A stretch of 63,992 nucleotides of DNA, filler included, from an uncultured Acidimicrobiia bacterium (GTDB lineage: Bacteria; Actinomycetota; Acidimicrobiia; Spongiisociales; JAOTWH01): assembly GCA_964347285.1 (NCBI GenBank). It is 5 parts of 5 records of this genome, joined end to end, with 100 filler letters (N's around TTAATTAATTAA, not from the genome) between each part and the next. Parts side by side here need not be neighbours in the genome. Positions count along the whole stretch, not along the records: positions 51,896 to 63,992 come from CAYFYE010000076.1; 4 more parts are not named here. One strand, 5' to 3'. The notes under the pieces are model-generated. The model worked only from the letters and a program-made list of their open reading frames with translations, had not been told where the DNA came from and ran no database searches. This document shows, piece after piece, positions 58,922-63,992 of the stretch. Made by a program: the position numbers and the translations under genes. Every line of letters starts with the position of its first letter. Positions within the stretch are counted from its first letter, which is position 1.

Positions 58922-60013
58922 GTGTCCAACGATGTGCCCACCCTCGACGAGTTGCTGACCAAGCTCATGGCCGTGCAGGGTTCCGACCTCCATCTCAAGG
59001 TCGGATCGCCGCCGGTTTACCGCATCGATGGAGGGCTGCACCTGTCCAACCTGCCCAAGCTGCGGGCTGACGACACGGAGCGCTATGCCGGGGAGCTGCT
59101 GCCCGAGCACCTCAAGGAGCGCTTTGCCGAGACCATGGAGGCCGACTTCGCTTTCGGTCGACAAGACCTGGGCCGTTTCCGGGTGAACGTATACCGTCAG
59201 CGCGGCTCAGTCTCGGTCGCCATTCGGGCAGTCTCTCCGGCGAGCAAGAACTTCGACGAGCTGGGTCTGCCCTCGGTCCTCGAGCGGCTGGCCGAGGAGA
59301 CGCGCGGTTTGATCCTGGTGACCGGGCCGACCGGCTCAGGAAAGAGCACGACTCAGGCGGCGGTCATCGACTACATCAACACCACCCGGCGCGTGAACAT
59401 CATCACCTTGGAAGACCCCATCGAGGTCCTTCATCCCGACAAGCTCTCGATCGTCAGCCAGCGCCAGGTCGGTATCGCCACCGACTCGTCCTCAGAGGCC
59501 CTGCGGCGCATCCTCCGCCAGGACCCCGATGTCATCCAGATCGGCGAGATGCGCGACGCCGAAACCGTCGACGCTGCCCTCAAGGCTGCCGAGACCGGCC
59601 ACCTCGTGCTATCGACCCTGCACACCATCGACGCCACCGAGACCATCAACCGCATCATCGACTTCTTCCCGGCCCACCAGCAGAAGCAGATCAGACTGAT
59701 GCTGGCCGGCAGCTTGCGTGGCATCATCAGCCAGCGACTGCTGCAGCGCTCCGATGGAAAGGGCCGGATCCCGGCGGTCGAAGTCCTGGTGAATACCGAG
59801 CGGGCGTGCGACCGCATCACCGATCCCAGCAAGACCCACACGCTGAACGACGTGATCGAAGACGGCGAGTTCTACGGGATGCAAACGTTCGACCAGGCGT
59901 TGTTGCACCTCTATCAGAATGGCGTCATCACATTCCAGGACGCCATCAGCCACTCTTCCAATCCGGCCGACTTCAAGCTCAAGATCCAGAACCTGGGACT
60001 GCAGACGGCCTGA
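58922..60013 (+). CDS. pilT: PilT/PilU family retraction ATPase
   Basis: SDLHL, GRFRVN, GPTGSGKSTT, EDPIE, RQDPDVI.IGEMRD, TGHLVLSTLH and GMQTFDQ; AGGAG RBS. Confidence 0.9.
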   Translation: MSNDVPTLDELLTKLMAVQGSDLHLKVGSPPVYRIDGGLHLSNLPKLRADDTERYAGELLPEHLKERFAETMEADFAFGRQDLGRFRVNVYRQRGSVSVAIRAVSPASKNFDELGLPSVLERLAEETRGLILVTGPTGSGKSTTQAAVIDYINTTRRVNIITLEDPIEVLHPDKLSIVSQRQVGIATDSSSEALRRILRQDPDVIQIGEMRDAETVDAALKAAETGHLVLSTLHTIDATETINRIIDFFPAHQQKQIRLMLAGSLRGIISQRLLQRSDGKGRIPAVEVLVNTERACDRITDPSKTHTLNDVIEDGEFYGMQTFDQALLHLYQNGVITFQDAISHSSNPADFKLKIQNLGLQTA

Positions 60014-60054
60014 CCGCCCACAGAGGGCTCGCGACCCCTCGGTAAGCTGGCGCC

Positions 60055-61437
60055 ATGATTCCCCCTCGTTTGGATCGGCTGCTGCGTCCCGGCGCGCCCG
60101 CCGCGACCCTGGGCGAGCTCTTCGACGGAGCCGGTTATCGGCTGTACCTGGTGGGCGGTAGCGTGCGCGACCTCCTGTTGGGGGAAGAGCACTCCGACCT
60201 CGACTTCGCCACCGATGCCCGCCCCGACCAGATCAGGGCTGTGGTGGCCGGTTGGGCCGACGATGTGGTGGTCACCGGCCAAGAATTCGGCACGGTCGGT
60301 GTGGTCAAGCAGGGTGACGTGCACGAAATCACGACTTTCCGCCGCGAGGTCTACCGCAATGAGACCCGTAAGCCGACCGTCGAATTCTCCGAGGACATCG
60401 AGACCGATCTGTCCCGGCGTGATTTCACCGTCAACGCCATCGCATTGCGACTTCCCGAACCGGAAATGGTGGATCCTCACGGTGGGCTGAATGACCTGGC
60501 GACCGGGGTGCTGAGGACGCCGCTTGCTCCCGAGGTGTCGTTCGGTGACGACCCCTTGCGGATGCTGCGGTTGTACCGCTTCGTGGCCACTCTGGGATTC
60601 TCCGCAGACGGGGCGGCCACCGAGGCCGTGAAGCGCATGGCCGAGCGACTCGAGATCGTCAGCGCCGAGCGGATCAGGGAGGAACTGTCTCGATTGATCG
60701 TGGGCGACAATGTGGCCGCTGCCCTGTGGGGCCTGGTGGAGAGCGGGTTGGCGGAGCGCTTCCTACCCGAGTTACCCGCGTTGGGGGTGGCTCACGACCC
60801 CTATCAACGCCACAAGGATGTACTGTCCCATTCCATCGCCGTCGTCGAGAAGTGCCCGCCTCGGCTCGAGATCCGGTTGGCGGCGTTGCTGCACGACATC
60901 GGCAAACCCCAGACTCGTGAATTCGCCGAGGGCCGGGTCACTTTTCATCATCACGAGGTGGTGGGGGCCCGCCTGGCCAAGGCCCGATTACGTGAGCTGC
61001 GATACCCCAAGCGGGTCGTGGACGACGTGTCCCGCCTGGTCTATCTCCACCTGCGTCCGCACACCTTCGTTCTGGGATGGACCGACCGGGCGGTCCGACG
61101 CTACGTGCGGGATGCCGGCCACTTGCTCGAATCGCTGAACACGCTGGTGCGCTGCGATGTGACGACCGCCAATGAGAAGAGGGCCCGCCAGATCTCACGC
61201 CGCATCGACGAACTGGAGGAGTGGATCGAGGCGCTATCCAAGAAAGAGGAACTCGACCGGCTCCGCCCCCCCATCGACGGCCACCAGGTCATGAACCGCC
61301 TCGGCCTGCAGCCGGGCCCGCTGGTTGGGGAGGCGATGGATCTGCTCCTCGAGCATCGAATCGACCACGGTCCCTATTCGGAAGAGGAGGCTTTCGCCTT
61401 GCTCGATGATTGGGCCCGGGGCAAGGGGATCCTGTGA
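60055..61437 (+). CDS. cca: CCA tRNA nucleotidyltransferase with HD domain
   Basis: [33 protein letters not shown] and LLHDIGKP. Confidence 0.93.
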   Translation: MIPPRLDRLLRPGAPAATLGELFDGAGYRLYLVGGSVRDLLLGEEHSDLDFATDARPDQIRAVVAGWADDVVVTGQEFGTVGVVKQGDVHEITTFRREVYRNETRKPTVEFSEDIETDLSRRDFTVNAIALRLPEPEMVDPHGGLNDLATGVLRTPLAPEVSFGDDPLRMLRLYRFVATLGFSADGAATEAVKRMAERLEIVSAERIREELSRLIVGDNVAAALWGLVESGLAERFLPELPALGVAHDPYQRHKDVLSHSIAVVEKCPPRLEIRLAALLHDIGKPQTREFAEGRVTFHHHEVVGARLAKARLRELRYPKRVVDDVSRLVYLHLRPHTFVLGWTDRAVRRYVRDAGHLLESLNTLVRCDVTTANEKRARQISRRIDELEEWIEALSKKEELDRLRPPIDGHQVMNRLGLQPGPLVGEAMDLLLEHRIDHGPYSEEEAFALLDDWARGKGIL

Positions 61438-62654
61438 TGGGTCGGAACGGGGTCGACCGGGTGGTGCTCGCCTACTCGGGAGGGCTCGACACCTCGGTGA
61501 TTCTCAGGTGGATCATCGAAGAGTACGGGGCCGAAGTGGTGGCGTACACGGCCGACGTGGGCCAGGGAGAGGAAGCGGCCGAGGCCAGGTCCAAGGCATT
61601 GGAGACCGGAGCGATCGAGGCCATCGTCGACGATCGACGGGCCGAGTTCGTCTCGGACTTCGTCTTTCCGGCCCTTCGGGCCAATGCCCTCTACGAGGGC
61701 TACTACCTGTTGGGCACGGCGCTGGCCCGTCCGGTCATCGCCGCCGGCATGGTGGCGGCGGCCGAGGCCACCGGGGCCGACGCGGTGGCCCACGGTGCCA
61801 CCGGCAAGGGCAACGACCAGATTCGCTTCGAGCTCGGGGTGTACGCCCTTCGTCCCGACCTGAGGGTGATCGCGCCCTGGCGAGAGTGGGATCTGCGAGG
61901 ACGGGCCGATTGCATCTCGTACGCCAAGGAGCACGGGATCCCGGTGCCGGTGACCCCCGAAGATCCCTACTCGATGGACGCCAACCTCCTTCACATCTCC
62001 TACGAGGGAGGGGTGTTGGAAGATCCCTGGGCGGCACCCCCGCCCGGCATGTTCCGGATGACAACCGATCCCGAGCGGGCCGCCGACGAACCGGAGTGGG
62101 TGACGATCCACTTCGAGCGGGGCACGCCGGTGGCAGTCAACGGTGAGGAGCTCGCTCCCGTCGAGCTGCTGATGCGTCTCAACGAGCTGGGAGGAGGCCA
62201 CGGGGTGGGCCGGGTCGACATCGTGGAGAATCGCTTCATCGGGATGAAGAGCCGGGGAGTGTACGAGACTCCGGGCGGAACGATCCTCTATCACGCTCAT
62301 CGAGCCGTGGAATCGATCACGCTCGACCGCGAGGTCCAACATCTGCGGGACGAACTGGTGCCCCGCTACGCCGAGATGGTCTACAACGGATTGTGGTTCT
62401 CGCCGGAGCGGGAATCGTTGCAGATGTTCATGGACAACGTCCAGGCCCGGGTCAACGGGGAGGCCCGTCTCAAGCTCTTCAAGGGCCAGGTGACGGTCGA
62501 GGGCCGGCGTTCCGACGTCGGACTCTACGACCCGGCCACGGCCACCTTCGAAGCCGACGAGGTGTACGACCAGGCCGACGCCACCGGCTTCATACGGCTC
62601 CAATCCTTGCGTCTGCGTACCTATGCCGAGAAGCGGTTGGGAGAGGGTGAATGA
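61437..62654 (+). CDS. argG: Argininosuccinate synthase
   Basis: [23 protein letters not shown] and [17 protein letters not shown]. Confidence 0.97.
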   Translation: MGRNGVDRVVLAYSGGLDTSVILRWIIEEYGAEVVAYTADVGQGEEAAEARSKALETGAIEAIVDDRRAEFVSDFVFPALRANALYEGYYLLGTALARPVIAAGMVAAAEATGADAVAHGATGKGNDQIRFELGVYALRPDLRVIAPWREWDLRGRADCISYAKEHGIPVPVTPEDPYSMDANLLHISYEGGVLEDPWAAPPPGMFRMTTDPERAADEPEWVTIHFERGTPVAVNGEELAPVELLMRLNELGGGHGVGRVDIVENRFIGMKSRGVYETPGGTILYHAHRAVESITLDREVQHLRDELVPRYAEMVYNGLWFSPERESLQMFMDNVQARVNGEARLKLFKGQVTVEGRRSDVGLYDPATATFEADEVYDQADATGFIRLQSLRLRTYAEKRLGEGE

Positions 62655-63992
62655 CCCTGTGGGGTGGGCGATTCAGCCGGCCGCCAGACGAGGCGGTGTG
62701 GCGTTTCACGGTGTCGACGGCCGATCGACGCCTTCTGGGCGACGACGTGGCCGGTTCCCTGGCCCACGTCAAGATGCTCGGGTCGGTGGGGCTCCTGGGC
62801 GAAGAAGAGACCGCCGAGCTGGTGGCTGCCCTGGAGCAGATCGGCAACGAGGCCCGCAGCGGCCAATTCGAGTTCGCCGAGAGCGACGAGGACGTGCACA
62901 GTGCCGTCGAGCGTCGGCTGGGCGAGCTGGTGGGCGAGGTGGCGGGCAAGCTGCACACCGGGCGCTCCCGCAACGACCAGGTGGCGCTCGACCTGCGCCT
63001 GTACCTGCGGCGGGCGGCGGACCAGCGGATCGGCGGTCTGCGGGGGCTTGCCGCAGCGCTGGTCGACCAAGCGGAGGCGGCGGGGGAGCGGGTGGTCGCC
63101 TCCTACACGCATCTCCAGCAGGCGCAGGCCGTGCCGCTGGGCCACCACCTCCTGGCGCACGCCTGGGCGCTGCGGCGCGACGTCGACCGGTTCGCCGACT
63201 GCCGGCGCCGCCTCGACGTGTCGCCGCTGGGCGCCGGGGCGGGAGGCGGCTCGTCGCTACCGCTCGACCCGGAGGCGGTGGCCGCCGAGCTGGGCTTCGC
63301 CGCCACGTTCGACAACTCGCTGGACGCGGTGGCGGCGCGCGACTTCGTCGCCGAGTACGCGTTCTGCTGCGCCCAAGCCATGGCGCACCTGTCCCGCCTC
63401 GCCGAGGAGCTGGTGCTGTGGGCCACCGAGGAGTTCGGATGGGCCACGTTCGCCGATGCCTACACGACGGGATCGTCGGCGCTGCCGCAGAAGAAGAACC
63501 CGGACATCGCCGAGCTGGCGCGCGGGAGGGCGGCCACGGTCACCGGGCACGTGGCGGCGCTCCTCGCGCTCCAGAAGGGCCTGCCCTTGGCCTACAACCG
63601 CGATCTCCAAGAGGACAAAGAGGCGGTGTTCGCGGCCGACGACGCCNNNNNNNNNNNNNNNNNNNNNNNNNNNNNNNNNNNNNNNNNNNNNNNNNNNNNN
63701 NNNNNNNNNNNNNNNNNNNNNNNNNNNNNNNNNNNNNNNNNNNNNNNNNNNNNNNNNNNNNNNNNGATGCCGTTCCGGGAGGCCCACGAGGTGGTCGGCC
63801 GGCTGGTCGCCGAGGTCGCCGCCGACGGCCGCACCCTCGCCGACCTCGGCCCCCTCGAGCCGGTGGCGATCGACGACAACTTCGAATCGGGCGACGTGCA
63901 GTTCGCCGATCCTCCCGTGTCGATCCGCCGTCGCCGCACCCCAGGCGGCGGCAGCTTCGACAGCGTCCGCGCCCAGATCGCCGCCCTGCGGG
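62651..63992 (+). CDS. argH: Argininosuccinate lyase (internal N gap 63647-63765; runs off window)
   Basis: [38 protein letters not shown] and YNRDLQEDK. Confidence 0.95.
   Translation, partial: MTLWGGRFSRPPDEAVWRFTVSTADRRLLGDDVAGSLAHVKMLGSVGLLGEEETAELVAALEQIGNEARSGQFEFAESDEDVHSAVERRLGELVGEVAGKLHTGRSRNDQVALDLRLYLRRAADQRIGGLRGLAAALVDQAEAAGERVVASYTHLQQAQAVPLGHHLLAHAWALRRDVDRFADCRRRLDVSPLGAGAGGGSSLPLDPEAVAAELGFAATFDNSLDAVAARDFVAEYAFCCAQAMAHLSRLAEELVLWATEEFGWATFADAYTTGSSALPQKKNPDIAELARGRAATVTGHVAALLALQKGLPLAYNRDLQEDKEAVFAADDAXXXXXXXXXXXXXXXXXXXXXXXXXXXXXXXXXXXXXXXXMPFREAHEVVGRLVAEVAADGRTLADLGPLEPVAIDDNFESGDVQFADPPVSIRRRRTPGGGSFDSVRAQIAALR

Noticed and set aside
62930..63992. Apparent shift to more GCG/CGC-rich codons in distal argH, suggesting chimerism
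   Set aside because: Impression by eye only. The frame is continuous up to the gap, and read mapping would be needed.

Overview
High-GC bacterial draft-genome window, most likely an actinobacterium of Acidimicrobiia type (inference from GlnR, F420-type LLM oxidoreductases, the sigM-trxB-trxA-cwlM block, many Thr-rich lipoproteins and a PilT). It is not one locus. Five contigs of about 12-13 kb are joined by artificial N/TTAATTAATTAA/N linkers (13121-13220, 26252-26351, 39030-39129, 51796-51895), and there are three internal N gaps. Contig 1: housekeeping and redox genes (ThDP enzyme, thioesterase, nnrE, Nif3-Zn ribbon-rnhA, split TauE pair, two LLM oxidoreductases, aquaporin, DUF1684/3179/302/72). 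Contig 2: decaying accessory region (MDR oxidoreductase, signal-bearing SagB nitroreductase plus solitary RnfD-like membrane protein, dTMP-kinase/DAG-kinase fusion, DUF1326-DUF2182, serine hydrolase, B3/4 protein, gene remnants). Contig 3: pterin operon with a folK-folE fusion, a divergent glnA / glnA2-glnR locus with GlnR boxes, GNATs, an ALDH7 broken by a mis-assembly, and an ABC exporter. Contig 4: NfeD-SPFH, GAF-GGDEF, sulfotransferase, ArsR-SRPBCC, AhpD-like protein, M20 hydrolase, a duplicated-domain Cys lipoprotein, amino-acid ABC transporter. Contig 5: cwlM-like, trxA, trxB, anti-sigma, sigM, pseudokinase, GNAT/HDAC/PilT, CCA enzyme, argG, argH. I recognised no rRNA, tRNA, CRISPR array or intact mobile element. 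Best candidates for undescribed biology: the SagB/RnfD-like pair, the TMK-DAGK fusion, the pterin operon, the GNAT/HDAC/PilT block, the duplicated Cys lipoprotein, and two genes apparently starting at ATC/ATA. All family calls are by motif recognition; no searches were run.
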